32,000 nt of DNA. Source: Vibrio cholerae ATCC 14035. GTDB lineage: Bacteria; Pseudomonadota; Gammaproteobacteria; Enterobacterales; Vibrionaceae. How positions within the stretch are numbered: the stretch's first letter is position 1; the number at the start of each line of letters is the position of its first letter. The translations under genes were made by a program, and so were the position numbers. The DNA is taken from contig NZ_KK211324.1 in assembly GCF_000621645.1 (NCBI RefSeq), positions 118,921 through 150,920 of the forward strand, read 5' to 3'. The notes under the pieces were generated by a model, which saw nothing but the letters and a program-made list of their open reading frames with translations, was not told the DNA's origin and ran no database searches. Shown here one piece after another: positions 1 to 9,826 of this stretch.

Positions 1-1
1 C

Positions 2-880
2 GCTTTCGCAGCACTGTTAGCCTTTATTCCTTGGCGCTTGCGTGATCGACTGGCGAAACCTTTGGTGCCACTCATCATCAAGAAAAATGGCCGCGTAGTA
101 CGCCGCGCTCGGGTTAACCTCGCCTACTGTTTTCCAGAGAAAAGCGAGCAAGAGCGCGAGCAGATCCTGCACGATACGTTTGTGAAAGCCTCGCAGTTTA
201 TGCTCGGTTATTCAGAGCTGTTGGTGCGCTCGACCCGCTACAACAACGCACGGGGCGAACTGATTGGCGAAGAGAACTTGCTGCCACTGCTGGATAGCGG
301 TGAGCGCGTGATTTTGTTAGTCCCGCACTCTTGGGCCATTGATTACGCCGCCGTTATGCTGGCGGCTCGCGGCTACAAAGTCGCCAACATCATGAAACCG
401 CAGCGCAACCCGATTGCCGATTGGCTGATGCACGTCCAACGTATGCAGTATGGTGGCCGTATTTTCACTCGTGAATCGGGCATCAAACCTTTCTTGCGTT
501 CCATTCAATCCGGCTATGTTGGCTACTGGGTACCGGATGAAGATCACGGCCCGCAAAACTCCGTGTTTGTGCCGTTTTTTGCTACCGAAAAAGCCACGCT
601 CAAAGGGTTTGGCAAAATGGCTAAGCTGTGCAAAGCACACGTGGTGCCTTTGATGTCATGCTACAACAGTGATTCAGGCCGTTATGAAGTGCACATTTTG
701 CCTGCGCTGCAAAACTTCCCAACCGGCGATGAAGAAGCCGATGCACTGGCGATGAACCGTGCGATTGAAGCGCTGGTCACGCCACAGCCGGAGCAGTACA
801 TGTGGAACTTGTCGTTGCTGAAAACTCAGCGTGATGGACGAGAGATTTACGACAACTCCCATCATGGCGATCAAAGCTAA
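2..880 (+). CDS. lpxM: Lipid A late (secondary) acyltransferase, LpxM/MsbB-like; 5' end cut by the window edge
   Basis: The frame stays open back to base 2 (AFAALLAFIPWRLRDR...), so the track's M at 38 is an internal TTG. Blocks LVPHSWAIDY, GIKPF, SGYVGYWVPDEDHGP, FFATEKATL, VVPL and PEQYMWNLSLLKT match my recollection of E. coli LpxM. In V. cholerae this enzyme has been called MsbB/LpxN. Confidence 0.85.
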   Translation, partial: AFAALLAFIPWRLRDRLAKPLVPLIIKKNGRVVRRARVNLAYCFPEKSEQEREQILHDTFVKASQFMLGYSELLVRSTRYNNARGELIGEENLLPLLDSGERVILLVPHSWAIDYAAVMLAARGYKVANIMKPQRNPIADWLMHVQRMQYGGRIFTRESGIKPFLRSIQSGYVGYWVPDEDHGPQNSVFVPFFATEKATLKGFGKMAKLCKAHVVPLMSCYNSDSGRYEVHILPALQNFPTGDEEADALAMNRAIEALVTPQPEQYMWNLSLLKTQRDGREIYDNSHHGDQS

Positions 881-905
881 GTGTTTTGTTCTTGAGCTTA
901 ATGCT

Positions 906-938
906 AGAAAAACAGCCTCATTTTGAGGCTGTTTTTTC
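906..938. terminator. Bidirectional intrinsic terminator between convergent lpxM and pyrE
   Basis: Stem acagcctca (912-920) pairs with tgaggctgt (924-932). It is flanked by an A-run upstream and a T-run 932-937. Confidence 0.7.
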
Positions 939-965
939 GTTTTAGGCTTAGTTGGATGAATACGC

Positions 966-1607
966 TTAAATTCCGTACTGTGCACGATACGCTTTCACCG
1001 CCTCTAGATGCTCAGTGTTGTTACCTTGCTGTTCAAGATAGGTGATGAGATCGGTCAGGCTCACAATCGAAATCACCGCACAACCAAAATCACGTTCCAC
1101 TTCTTGAATCGCTGAGAGCTCGCCCTTGCCTTTCTCTTGGCGATCGATCGCCACTAGCACGCCGGCTAAATCAGCCTTGTTGGCTTGGATAAGCTCCATC
1201 GATTCACGAATTGCCGTACCAGCGGTGATCACATCATCCACCAACATCACGCGGCCTTCTAACTTGCTGCCCACTAGATTACCGCCTTCGCCGTGATTTT
1301 TGGCCTCTTTGCGGTTAAAGCAGTAAGGCGTATCCACATCGTGGTGATCCGCCAATGCGACTGCTGTGGTGGTAGCAATCGGAATGCCTTTGTAAGCAGG
1401 GCCAAACAGCACATCAAATTCAATACCTGAATCCACTAGCGCTGCCGCATAAAAACGGCCCAAGCGCGCTAAATCACGGCCAGCATTAAACAGACCAGCG
1501 TTAAAGAAATAAGGACTTTTACGGCCTGACTTCAAAGTAAATTCGCCAAACTTCAGCACCTGTTTTTCTAGGGCAAACTCAATAAATTCACGCTGGTAAG
1601 CTTTCAT
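966..1607 (-). CDS. pyrE: Orotate phosphoribosyltransferase
   Basis: [41 protein letters not shown] is near-identical to the E. coli PyrE N-terminus. PRPP-binding motif [13 protein letters not shown] is present. I prefer the second ATG (213 aa, as in E. coli). Confidence 0.97.
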   Translation of the reverse strand: MKAYQREFIEFALEKQVLKFGEFTLKSGRKSPYFFNAGLFNAGRDLARLGRFYAAALVDSGIEFDVLFGPAYKGIPIATTTAVALADHHDVDTPYCFNRKEAKNHGEGGNLVGSKLEGRVMLVDDVITAGTAIRESMELIQANKADLAGVLVAIDRQEKGKGELSAIQEVERDFGCAVISIVSLTDLITYLEQQGNNTEHLEAVKAYRAQYGI

Positions 1608-1645
1608 CATTTCTCTCTCTTAACTCATACACTTGGACTTACTTC

Positions 1646-1905
1646 CTCCCCACAGGGAGAAATTCAAACATTGTTCCGTCTCTTTTTAGAAGAGGGGGTG
1701 GTGTTCTGTGCTCCCTCCCTTCTTGAGTAGGGTTGTCTTTTTCCCCTCCCCTTCTAGGGGAGGGTCAGGGTGGGGTTACCAGCAACAAACGCATCTGCTC
1801 GTGATCTACCCCCTCCCAACCTCCCCCTAAAAGGGGGAGGAGTTTTAAGGCTAGCACCCCTAAAAGAGCCATCACACTTAAGGCTAACTCCCCCTAGAAG
1901 GCGAT
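1646..1905. repeat. Cluster of about 7 REP-like palindromic units (2-3 intact, the rest degenerate) in the rph-pyrE spacer
   Basis: Perfect hairpins are CCTCCCCC-taaaa-GGGGGAGG (1820-1840), CCCTCCCC-ttcta-GGGGAGGG (1744-1764) and CTCCC-caca-GGGAG (1646-1659). Decayed copies lie near 1676-1700, 1709-1733, 1855-1868 and 1888-1901. Confidence 0.75.
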
Positions 1906-1941
1906 GAGGATCAGGCATCGTCCAAAAAGGGATTTCCTAGG

Positions 1942-1968
1942 CAAAAAAATAGCCCCCAATTGGGAGCT
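1942..1968 (-). terminator. Intrinsic terminator/attenuator immediately downstream of the rph stop (pyrE-type attenuator geometry)
   Basis: The minus strand reads TGA(stop)-ttaagt-AGCTCCC-aatt-GGGGGCT-ATTTTTTTGC. This is a 7-bp stem with one G-U pair followed by a U7 tract, starting about 6 nt after the rph stop. Confidence 0.7.
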
Positions 1969-1974
1969 ACTTAA

Positions 1975-2691
1975 TCAATCTAACAACGATGCCTTCTGCA
2001 CTGCGACAATATCGGCAATGCCTTTTTTCGCGACAGCCAGCAATTCCAGCAACTGCTCATGACTGAACGGCTCACCTTCAGCAGTGCCTTGAATTTCAAT
2101 CATTTTGCCTTCTTCGGTCATGACCACGTTCATATCCGTATCAGCGGCAGAATCTTCGACATATTCCAGATCGCACAGCACATCTTCACCTAGGATACCA
2201 ACCGAAACCGCAGCCACATGGCCTTTCATCGGGTTCTTCTTCAGTTGGCCTTTGGCGATCAGATGGGCAAAAGCATCGGCCAGTGCCACGCTTGCACCAG
2301 TAATCGAAGCGGTACGCGTACCACCATCGGCTTGAATCACATCACAATCAACGGTGATCATGATTTCGCCCATCGCTTCCAGATCCACCACAGCACGTAG
2401 GCTGCGCGCGATCAGACGCTGGATTTCCATGGTACGACCGCCTTGCTTACCATTGGTCGCTTCACGGCGCGTGCGTGAATGGGTTGCACGCGGCAACATG
2501 CCGTATTCCGCTGTCACCCAGCCTTTACCTTGGCCTTTTAACCAACGTGGCACACCTTCTTCAATGCTGGCATTACACAACACTTTGGTGTTGCCAAATT
2601 CCACCAACACCGAGCCTTCTGCGTACGCAGTGTAGTGACGGGTGATTTTGATGGAGCGAACTTGGTCCGCAGCGCGGTTATCTGGACGCAT
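1975..2691 (-). CDS. rph: Ribonuclease PH
   Basis: [39 protein letters not shown] aligns with the E. coli RNase PH N-terminus. The internal ATG at 2691 gives 238 aa, as in E. coli. The 19 upstream codons in the track look non-coding. Confidence 0.96.
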   Translation of the reverse strand: MRPDNRAADQVRSIKITRHYTAYAEGSVLVEFGNTKVLCNASIEEGVPRWLKGQGKGWVTAEYGMLPRATHSRTRREATNGKQGGRTMEIQRLIARSLRAVVDLEAMGEIMITVDCDVIQADGGTRTASITGASVALADAFAHLIAKGQLKKNPMKGHVAAVSVGILGEDVLCDLEYVEDSAADTDMNVVMTEEGKMIEIQGTAEGEPFSHEQLLELLAVAKKGIADIVAVQKASLLD

Positions 2692-2854
2692 AGGGTCTCG
2701 ACCTTCTTGTGGCTGTATCAATTCGGTTGGGGCAGGATTATAGCCCAAAGCCCCTACAGGCGCTAGGTTAACGAATTCAGCACGGTAGCGCCGTTTTGCC
2801 TGTTTTGCTACTATTAGCGCCAGTCACAAAGAGATGAAAGCAAAGGACATCCTG

Positions 2855-3721
2855 ATGATTTACAGCATGACTGCGTACGCACGCAAAGAAGTCAAAGGCG
2901 ATTGGGGCAGCGCCGTGTGGGAAATTCGCTCGGTTAACCAACGCTATTTAGAAACGTACTTCCGCCTGCCTGAGCAGTTCCGTGGTTTAGAGCCACTGCT
3001 GCGCGAGCGTTTTCGTCAGCGCCTGTCACGCGGTAAGATCGAGTGTCATTTGCGCTTTGAAGCGAATCCAGCCGCGCAAAGCCACCTCACCATCAATGAA
3101 GGACTCGCCCAGCAAGTGATTAATGCCGCTAACCAGATCATGCACATGACCGGTGAACTCAGCCGCATTAACCCATTCCAAGTGATGCAGTGGCCGGGCG
3201 TGATGGAAACGCCTGAGCAGGATATGGACGCCATCAACCAAGCACTACTCAGTGCGTTTGATGAAGGCGTGGACGAATTTATCGCCGCGCGTGGCCGTGA
3301 AGGCGATAACATGAAAGCGCTGATTGAGCAGCGTTTGGAAGCGATCAGCGCCGAAGTGGTCAAAGTACGCGCACGCATGCCAGAAATTCTGGAATGGCAA
3401 CGCGAGCGTCTGTTCAGCAAATTTGAAGAGGCGAAAATCGAGCTTGATGCAAGCCGTGTAGAGCAAGAGCTGATCCTGCTGGCACAAAAATCGGATGTGG
3501 CCGAAGAGCTGGATCGTCTCGACTCTCATGTCAAAGAAGCGCGTGAAGTGCTGAAAAAAGGCGGCTCATGTGGCCGAAAACTCGATTTCATGATGCAAGA
3601 GTTCAACCGTGAATCGAACACCTTGGCTTCTAAATCCATCTCAACCGATATCACCGCCTCCGGTGTGGAGCTGAAAGTACTCATCGAGCAGATGAGAGAA
3701 CAGATCCAAAACATCGAATAA
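2855..3721 (+). CDS. yicC: YicC-family protein (stress-induced; YicC N-terminal plus DUF1732 C-terminal architecture)
   Basis: MIYSMTAYARKEVKGDWGSAVWEIRSVNQRYLETYFRLPEQFR matches the E. coli YicC N-terminus. The ATG at 2855 is preceded by AAGGA at 7 nt spacing. Confidence 0.93.
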   Translation: MIYSMTAYARKEVKGDWGSAVWEIRSVNQRYLETYFRLPEQFRGLEPLLRERFRQRLSRGKIECHLRFEANPAAQSHLTINEGLAQQVINAANQIMHMTGELSRINPFQVMQWPGVMETPEQDMDAINQALLSAFDEGVDEFIAARGREGDNMKALIEQRLEAISAEVVKVRARMPEILEWQRERLFSKFEEAKIELDASRVEQELILLAQKSDVAEELDRLDSHVKEAREVLKKGGSCGRKLDFMMQEFNRESNTLASKSISTDITASGVELKVLIEQMREQIQNIE

Positions 3722-3726
3722 CCCTT

Positions 3727-3756
3727 AAAGCCTCGTTGATTCGGGGCTTTTATTTA
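3727..3756 (+). terminator. Intrinsic terminator after yicC
   Basis: agcctcg (3729-3735) pairs with cggggct (3742-3748), followed by ttttattt. Confidence 0.6.
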
Positions 3757-3793
3757 ATCCCCTAACCTATTAGCTATTAGTACTTGGAAACCT

Positions 3794-4282
3794 ATGGAAC
3801 GTTTGATCGAAAAACTTCTCTATTCTTCACGTTGGATTATGGCGCCGATTTATCTTGGCTTAAGCCTGCTGCTGCTCGCGCTAGGTATTAAATTCTTCCA
3901 AGAAATTTTCCACCTACTGCCAAACATTTTTACTATCAAAGAAGTGGACCTAATCCTAGTCGCACTCTCTTTGATTGATGTGTCGCTGGTGGGCGGCCTT
4001 ATTGTGATGGTGATGTTTTCCGGATATGAGAACTTCGTGTCTAAACTCGATGTCGATGAGAGTGAAGATAAACTCGGTTGGCTGGGCAAGCTTGATACCA
4101 GCTCGCTGAAAAACAAAGTATCTGCTTCGATTGTGGCCATCTCATCAATTCATCTGCTCAAAGTGTTTATGAATACCGAAAACATCGAAAGTGACAAAAT
4201 CAAATGGTACTTGCTGCTGCACATTACTTTTGTGGTCTCGGCTTTTGCGATGGGCTACTTGGATAAAATAACCAAGAAGTAG
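3794..4282 (+). CDS. yqhA: UPF0114 family inner-membrane protein YqhA
   Basis: [25 protein letters not shown]...[13 protein letters not shown]...[16 protein letters not shown]...[10 protein letters not shown] is collinear with E. coli YqhA as I recall it. Confidence 0.9.
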   Translation: MERLIEKLLYSSRWIMAPIYLGLSLLLLALGIKFFQEIFHLLPNIFTIKEVDLILVALSLIDVSLVGGLIVMVMFSGYENFVSKLDVDESEDKLGWLGKLDTSSLKNKVSASIVAISSIHLLKVFMNTENIESDKIKWYLLLHITFVVSAFAMGYLDKITKK

Positions 4283-4322
4283 CGTCTTGAATCGTTGAAA
4301 AGCTTCAATCGTTGAAAAGAAC

Positions 4323-4344
4323 GCGCCCTAGATTGGGCGCTTTT
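4323..4344. terminator. Bidirectional terminator between yqhA and murP
   Basis: gcgccc (4323-4328) pairs with gggcgc (4335-4340), followed by tttt on the + strand. On the - strand the same stem is followed by gttctttt. Confidence 0.6.
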
Positions 4345-4387
4345 ACTATCCCCCATTCGTTAAGGGGATAACCTACAGGGAACCAAC

Positions 4388-5833
4388 TTAGCTCAGATCG
4401 ACGTCTTTACAACCGAAGAAGTAGGTAGCCGCAAAGCCAACGGTATAAGAGATGAGCAAACCACCGACAAACACCGCCATACCCGCAAAAATACCTTCGG
4501 CTGACGTCATCAGGGGAATCGCCACCACACCGGATGGGCCAAACACGGTATTGAGGCCAACGGGCAGTCCTAAATAAGAGATGAGACCGATAAAGAAGCC
4601 GCCCGCCGCACCGCCAATACAGGCGGTGACAAAAGGTTTCACTCGCGGTAGCGTCACGCCATAAATCAGTGGCTCACCAATGCCGAGAATGCCCGGGATG
4701 ATCGCCCCTTTAATTTGAGTGCGAATCGTGGTCTCTTTTTTGGCTCTCGCGTACAGCGCCAGTGAGGCACCTACTTGCCCAGCGCCTGCCATGGCAAGGA
4801 TCGGGAACAGTGAGTTAAAGCCTTGCGCTTCCATCAGTGCGAAATAAACCGGCACAAACCCTTGGTGAATACCAAACACCACCGAGATCAAGAACAAACC
4901 GGCCAAGATGGCAGCACCGAGTGGGTTATCGTTGAGGTTTAAAAACAGCCATGACATGCCTTTAAACAGCTCACCGCCGATAGGCATGATGATGAGGAAA
5001 GTCACCGCGCCCATGATCAGCAAAGTCACCACCGAAGTCAGGATCATATCCAAATCATCCGGCATGTATTCACGCACTTTACGTTCCACTTGCGCGCCTA
5101 AAATTGCCGCCAGTAATACCCCGATGATGTTGCCACGCGGGTCAATTGCAAAGCCGAAGAACTCACTCATCCCCGAGTAAATGCCTTTGGTTGCTTCTGG
5201 GTCATAACCGAGTACAAACAGCGAAGCCAGAATCGCCCCGTTCACGCCAGAGCCGCCAAATGCCTGCTGCGCGTTATAGCCAATCAAGATGCTGAGAAAC
5301 GCAAACAGCCCTTTGCCAAACACTTTGAGATAAGCCACCAGATCGAGCATAAACTCGCTCGGGGTTTGGCCAACCACATAGATTTGCTCAAGCAGAGTCG
5401 CAATGCCCAGCAGCAAGCCTGCGGCAATAAATCCGGGGATCAGCGGGGTAAAAATGGTGGCAAACTTGCTCAAAAAGCGTTGTACCGCACTGGTTTGCTT
5501 GCTCTTCATCTGCTTTTTCTGCTGCGCGGCAATCGTGGAGAGATCCGCCTCGCTCACTGCAGGTGCCACGTTGTCGCCCGATTCAATCAAGGCATTCATC
5601 ATATCCGCGGCCGTTTGTGCTTTACCGGGACCGAGGATGATCTGCAGTTGCGCGTCACTTTCAACCACGCCCATCACTCCGGAAATTTTTTTCAATGCCG
5701 CATGATCGGCGAGCGCAGAATTATTCAGCGTTAAACGCAAGCGAGTCATGCAGTTGCCACATTTGGCGACGTTACCACTGCCGCCCACCAGAGACAGCAC
5801 TTGTGCCATCATGGTTTGGGTTATTTTGGCCAT
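4388..5833 (-). CDS. murP: PTS N-acetylmuramic acid-specific EIIBC component
   Basis: The N-terminal EIIB domain has the phosphocysteine motif [15 protein letters not shown], followed by a polytopic EIIC domain. The gene sits directly downstream of murQ. AAGGAG lies 6 nt before the second ATG. Confidence 0.88.
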   Translation of the reverse strand: MAKITQTMMAQVLSLVGGSGNVAKCGNCMTRLRLTLNNSALADHAALKKISGVMGVVESDAQLQIILGPGKAQTAADMMNALIESGDNVAPAVSEADLSTIAAQQKKQMKSKQTSAVQRFLSKFATIFTPLIPGFIAAGLLLGIATLLEQIYVVGQTPSEFMLDLVAYLKVFGKGLFAFLSILIGYNAQQAFGGSGVNGAILASLFVLGYDPEATKGIYSGMSEFFGFAIDPRGNIIGVLLAAILGAQVERKVREYMPDDLDMILTSVVTLLIMGAVTFLIIMPIGGELFKGMSWLFLNLNDNPLGAAILAGLFLISVVFGIHQGFVPVYFALMEAQGFNSLFPILAMAGAGQVGASLALYARAKKETTIRTQIKGAIIPGILGIGEPLIYGVTLPRVKPFVTACIGGAAGGFFIGLISYLGLPVGLNTVFGPSGVVAIPLMTSAEGIFAGMAVFVGGLLISYTVGFAATYFFGCKDVDLS

Positions 5834-5856
5834 CATCGGCTCCTTCTCTCTGCTGT

Positions 5857-6759
5857 TTATTCTTGGTTGAGCGCTGCGCGGATAAAACCTTGGTGCTGCG
5901 CCAGTTTTTGTGCGGCTTGCTCTGCGCTAAAACCGCCCAAAATCATCAAAATCGCAGTCTTGCAGTGGCGACCACACGCGGCCAATGCCGCTTCCGCTTG
6001 CTCAGCGCTTACGCTTGTCGCTTCTACTACAATATTGGTTTGCCGTTGGATGAGCTTGGCGTTGGTCGCTTCCACATCCACCATCAGGTTGCCAAACACT
6101 TTGCCACTTTTGATCATCGCGCCCGTGGTCAGCATATTGAGCACCAGTTTCTGCGCAGTGCCCGCTTTCATACGTGATGATCCCGTAACCACTTCCGCAC
6201 CGACTACGGGGGTAATCACAATATCCGCGCACGCCTCCATCGGGCAGCCTGGGTTGCACGCCAGTGATACTACGGTGGTACCGACCGAGCGTGCGTACTC
6301 CATTCCCCCAATCACATACGGTGTGCGGCCACTGGCGGCGATGCCAACCAGCACATCCTTTTCATTAAGGTTCAGGGCCTTAAGATCGCTTTGGCCTAGC
6401 TCGCGGTTGTCTTCGGCATTCTCGACTGCTTTCAAAATCGCCGTATGTCCACCGGCGATCAAGCCAATCACCTGTTCAGGCTTGCTACCGTAGGTCGGCG
6501 GACATTCACTCGCATCGAGAATCCCTAAACGACCAGACGTGCCTGCGCCCATATAAATCAAGCGTCCACCTTGAGCAAAAGCAGCGGTAATCGCTTCCAC
6601 CGCTAGCGCCACTTTCGGCAAAGTTTGTGCAACCGCCAAGGCAACCAACTGATCTTGTTGGTTAATCACTTTCAGCATGTCCAAAGTGGGTAAGGTATCA
6701 ATCTGCTCACTGGCCGGATTACGGCTTTCGGTCACTAAACGAGTTAAATCAATCTTCAT
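5857..6759 (-). CDS. murQ: N-acetylmuramic acid 6-phosphate etherase (SIS domain)
   Basis: [29 protein letters not shown] and [19 protein letters not shown] are typical of MurQ. The ATG at 6759 gives about 300 aa; the track start at 6774 is a TTG. Confidence 0.92.
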   Translation of the reverse strand: MKIDLTRLVTESRNPASEQIDTLPTLDMLKVINQQDQLVALAVAQTLPKVALAVEAITAAFAQGGRLIYMGAGTSGRLGILDASECPPTYGSKPEQVIGLIAGGHTAILKAVENAEDNRELGQSDLKALNLNEKDVLVGIAASGRTPYVIGGMEYARSVGTTVVSLACNPGCPMEACADIVITPVVGAEVVTGSSRMKAGTAQKLVLNMLTTGAMIKSGKVFGNLMVDVEATNAKLIQRQTNIVVEATSVSAEQAEAALAACGRHCKTAILMILGGFSAEQAAQKLAQHQGFIRAALNQE

Positions 6760-6796
6760 AAGGCTTCTCGGCAAATTTCGAATTGAGGCGATTCTA

Positions 6797-6813
6797 TGGA
6801 ATAAAATATTCCA
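6797..6813. promoter_or_regulatory. Perfect palindrome TGGAATA-aaa-TATTCCA in the murQ/murR divergent region; candidate MurR operator
   Basis: It has 7-bp perfect arms. A related imperfect copy lies at 6959-6975. Both are adjacent to the shared string CCATTTTGG. Confidence 0.45.
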
Positions 6814-6817
6814 TTTT

Positions 6818-6833
6818 GGTGATAGAAATCACA
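6818..6833. promoter_or_regulatory. CRP-binding-site-like sequence upstream of murQP
   Basis: GGTGA-tagaaa-TCACA versus the consensus TGTGA-N6-TCACA, with one mismatch. Confidence 0.5.
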
Positions 6834-6958
6834 ATTAAGGTTATTCTTTAAGCAGGCTTTTTTTGGAATAATTGTGAAAAGCATCGAAAAAAATAACCAC
6901 GCAACCATGAAGTCATTGATTGAGAAAGAGTGAAGTGTGGCGTGCATTATTCCCATTT

Positions 6959-6975
6959 TGGAATATTTTATTCGC
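6959..6975. promoter_or_regulatory. Second, imperfect TGGAATA-ttt-TATTCGC repeat just upstream of the murR RBS
   Basis: It shares the left arm and spacer length with the 6797-6813 palindrome and overlaps the murR promoter-proximal region. Confidence 0.35.
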
Positions 6976-6989
6976 AAGGAGTGTGAAAA

Positions 6990-7838
6990 ATGTCAGTTCT
7001 ACAACGCATCGTCAGTCGCCGAACCCAACTTTCCGAGAGTGGCCGCCAAATTGGCGATTGGGTGATTGCGAATGCACCTCAGGCGGCAGCGATGACCAGC
7101 CAAGATTTGGCGGCATGGGCCAATGTGAGCCAATCGAGTATAGTCAAATTCACCCAACGGCTTGGTTTTAAAGGCTACAGCGAATTTAAACTCGCCCTCA
7201 CCGAAGAGCTGGGACGCAAACAAGTCATGGTCAACCAGCCTTTACACAGCAACATCTTGGCCGATGACCCCGTTGCCGTGATTGCCCAAAAACTGGTGCA
7301 AACCAAAACCGAAGCGATGTTTCACACGACCAATGCCCTGCGTTTGGATGAGTTTAGTGAGGCGATCAGCTGGATTCAGCAAGCGGTGCGGGTACAGATC
7401 ATCGGGATTGGTGGCTCAGCACTGGTCGCCAAAGATCTCGCATTTAAGCTGCTCAAGCTCGGTATTACCGCGCTCACGGAGCAAGATAGCCATGTGCAGA
7501 TCGCGACCGCTCGCACCTTACATAGCCAAGATGTGCTGATTGCGATTTCATTTTCGGGAGAAAAGCGCGAAATTCTGATTGCAGCGGAAGCGGCCAAACA
7601 GCAAGGTGCGAAAGTGATTGCCCTGACCACACCGAACAAAAATCGCTTACGTGAGATAGCCGATCTGGCACTGGATACAATTGCCGATGAAACGCAGCAC
7701 CGCAGCTCCGCGATTGCTTCACGAACTGCGCAAAACGTGCTGACCGACCTGATTTTTCTCACCCTCACTCAGCAGCGTGAAACGTCCGCGCGGCAGTTGA
7801 TCGATGACATTTCTTCCGACATTCGCCAGATGCGTTGA
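6990..7838 (+). CDS. murR: RpiR/MurR-family transcriptional regulator (HTH_6 plus SIS domain)
   Basis: It has an N-terminal HTH (SQDLAAWANVSQSSIVKFTQRLGFKGYSEFK) and a C-terminal SIS domain (IIGIGGSALVAKD). It is divergent from murQP. AAGGAG lies 8 nt upstream of the ATG. Confidence 0.85.
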   Translation: MSVLQRIVSRRTQLSESGRQIGDWVIANAPQAAAMTSQDLAAWANVSQSSIVKFTQRLGFKGYSEFKLALTEELGRKQVMVNQPLHSNILADDPVAVIAQKLVQTKTEAMFHTTNALRLDEFSEAISWIQQAVRVQIIGIGGSALVAKDLAFKLLKLGITALTEQDSHVQIATARTLHSQDVLIAISFSGEKREILIAAEAAKQQGAKVIALTTPNKNRLREIADLALDTIADETQHRSSAIASRTAQNVLTDLIFLTLTQQRETSARQLIDDISSDIRQMR

Positions 7839-7857
7839 GAGGCGAACGCCTCTCAAC
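7834..7857. terminator. Perfect 11-bp hairpin between convergent murR and fhuB
   Basis: gttgagaggcg-aa-cgcctctcaac. The murR stop codon lies inside the stem. There is no clear U-tract on either side. Confidence 0.4.
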
Positions 7858-7864
7858 TTCGGGT

Positions 7865-9826
7865 TTAGCGTGCACGCTGACTGAGTAACAGCAGCAGGAA
7901 ATAGCTGCCACCAATGATTGCCACTAGCGTGCCTGCGGCAATTTGCGCGGGGAATAACAAGGCTTGCCCCAACCAGTCTGCCCACAACATCAAAGTACCA
8001 CCGACCAAGGCGGCCAGCAGAAGTTGAGATGGAGCACGCTGCGCGCCGAGCATCATCGCCATGTGTGGCGCAATCAAACCGACAAAGCTGACGGGGCCCA
8101 TGGTCGCGGTCACCAAAGCGCACAACAGCGCGACCAAGATCAGCAACACTAAGCTGGCGCGACTCGCACTCAAGCCGCGAGCAGAAGCAAAGCCGCGCCC
8201 AATTGAGATCAAGGTAAGCCAACGAGACAAGCCAAGCGCCAACAGTGTTAACCCCACCACACCCACGCTGAGCAGCAAAGCTTGCTCGCCCGTGGCACGA
8301 TAAGTTGAGCCCGATAGCCACAGCAAAATCTGATAGCTGTCGCCCGTTCCTTTAGCCAAGGTAAATTGCACCAAGGCTTCCAACAGTGCAGTGATGGCAA
8401 TCCCAGTCAAGATCAAGCTAGATGGTGCGTAATGATGGCGCCGCCCAAGCAGCAACAGCGCCACCAATACCGCAGCGCTGCCAAGCAGTGCTGTCATCCA
8501 GTGGGTGCTCTGCAAACTTTGCCCTAAAAACAAGCTAGCAAACACCAAAGCAAACGTAGCCCCCGAAGAGACGCCCAAAATATCGGGGCTGGCTAACGGG
8601 TTATAAATCAGCCGTTGCAGTAACGTTCCCGCGATCGCCAATCCCACCCCAGCAAACAGCGCGGTGAGCATGCGCGGCCAACGAAGCGGCCATTGAAACT
8701 CACTCGGCAGCGCCCAGCTTGCACTTTCCATCTGCCAACCAATATGTAGGCTCAGTGCCAACAACAAAGCTGCCGCAATGAGCATCACCGCCCATCGAGA
8801 AGGCGAACGGCGATGTGAAGACAAGGAGATAGAGAGCGAATCCTGCGCTTGGAGCTGGCGACGACTAAACCAGATCAGCGCCGGAGCACCAATCACGGCG
8901 GCAGTAATGCCGCTAGGTACCACTTCCTCAGCCCACACGCTCAGCCCCATGGCGAGCATGTCAGTGGCAAGCAGCAACAAAGCGCCAAGCAGCGCACTGC
9001 TGTACAACTCCATTTTGGTCGTGCGCGCCCCCAGTGAACGGGCGATATTCGGGGTTAATAAACCGATAAAACCGATCACCCCAACTGCGGTGATTGAAGC
9101 AGAGACCAACCAAATCCCGCCTGCCATCAGAAACAAGAAAGCAGGCAATACCGCTAAACCACGCGCCGCCGCCCCTTCATGGCCTAACCGAAGCAAAGTC
9201 AGCACTCGAGGTGCAAACAGCAGTAACGGGAACACCAAAGCCAAACGCGGCAGCAACCAAGTGAGCCACTCCCAGCCGTTTTGCGCTAAATCACCTGCGC
9301 CCCACATAAACACATTCTGAGCGAACTCTTCGTTCAGCAGTACCAAGGCCGTGGCAATCGAACCCAGCAAAATGTTCACCACCATGCCGGAAACGACTAG
9401 CGGTAATCCGGTGAGATTGCGTAGCCCCGCTATCGAGATTATCAGTGCGAAAGCGAGCAGTGCTCCAGCCATCGCAGCCAGTGCGCTGTAATCAGCCACC
9501 CAATCACTGAACCAGATATTGACGATAATCAGCCCCAACCAAGCACCGGATGAGGTTCCCAACGTCAGCGGTGAGGTGAGTCGGTTTTGGGTCAACTGCT
9601 GCATCAAGCTGCCCACCAACCCAAGCACCGCGCCGACCACTATGGCCATCACCGCACGGGGTAGCTGCGCGTAGATAAAATTCACCTGCGCGAAACTTTG
9701 CGCGGCTTGATGACCGAGCACCAATTGCCACTGCTCATTGAGGGTTAAATTGTGCCCCCACTGTAAGCTAACAAGCGCCAACAGTAGAGTCAGCGCCCCC
9801 AAACCAGTTAAACGCAGCACACTCAT
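7865..9826 (-). CDS. fhuB: Ferric hydroxamate (ferrichrome) ABC transporter permease, duplicated FecCD-type
   Basis: A 653-aa polytopic protein made of two homologous FecCD-like halves, which is the FhuB hallmark. Its start overlaps the fhuD stop (ATGA). Confidence 0.88.
   Translation of the reverse strand: MSVLRLTGLGALTLLLALVSLQWGHNLTLNEQWQLVLGHQAAQSFAQVNFIYAQLPRAVMAIVVGAVLGLVGSLMQQLTQNRLTSPLTLGTSSGAWLGLIIVNIWFSDWVADYSALAAMAGALLAFALIISIAGLRNLTGLPLVVSGMVVNILLGSIATALVLLNEEFAQNVFMWGAGDLAQNGWEWLTWLLPRLALVFPLLLFAPRVLTLLRLGHEGAAARGLAVLPAFLFLMAGGIWLVSASITAVGVIGFIGLLTPNIARSLGARTTKMELYSSALLGALLLLATDMLAMGLSVWAEEVVPSGITAAVIGAPALIWFSRRQLQAQDSLSISLSSHRRSPSRWAVMLIAAALLLALSLHIGWQMESASWALPSEFQWPLRWPRMLTALFAGVGLAIAGTLLQRLIYNPLASPDILGVSSGATFALVFASLFLGQSLQSTHWMTALLGSAAVLVALLLLGRRHHYAPSSLILTGIAITALLEALVQFTLAKGTGDSYQILLWLSGSTYRATGEQALLLSVGVVGLTLLALGLSRWLTLISIGRGFASARGLSASRASLVLLILVALLCALVTATMGPVSFVGLIAPHMAMMLGAQRAPSQLLLAALVGGTLMLWADWLGQALLFPAQIAAGTLVAIIGGSYFLLLLLSQRAR

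Noticed and set aside
4345-4368. Hairpin TATCCCC-attcgtta-GGGGATA downstream of murP, considered as a separate terminator.
   Set aside because: No U-tract follows on the murP strand. The adjacent GCGCCC/GGGCGC hairpin with flanking T-runs is the more plausible bidirectional terminator, so I did not list this one as its own feature.
7318-7325. TGTTTCAC, half of the chromosome-1 parS consensus (TGTTTCACGTGAAACA).
   Set aside because: Only one half-site is present, it lies inside the murR coding sequence, and the other arm is absent.
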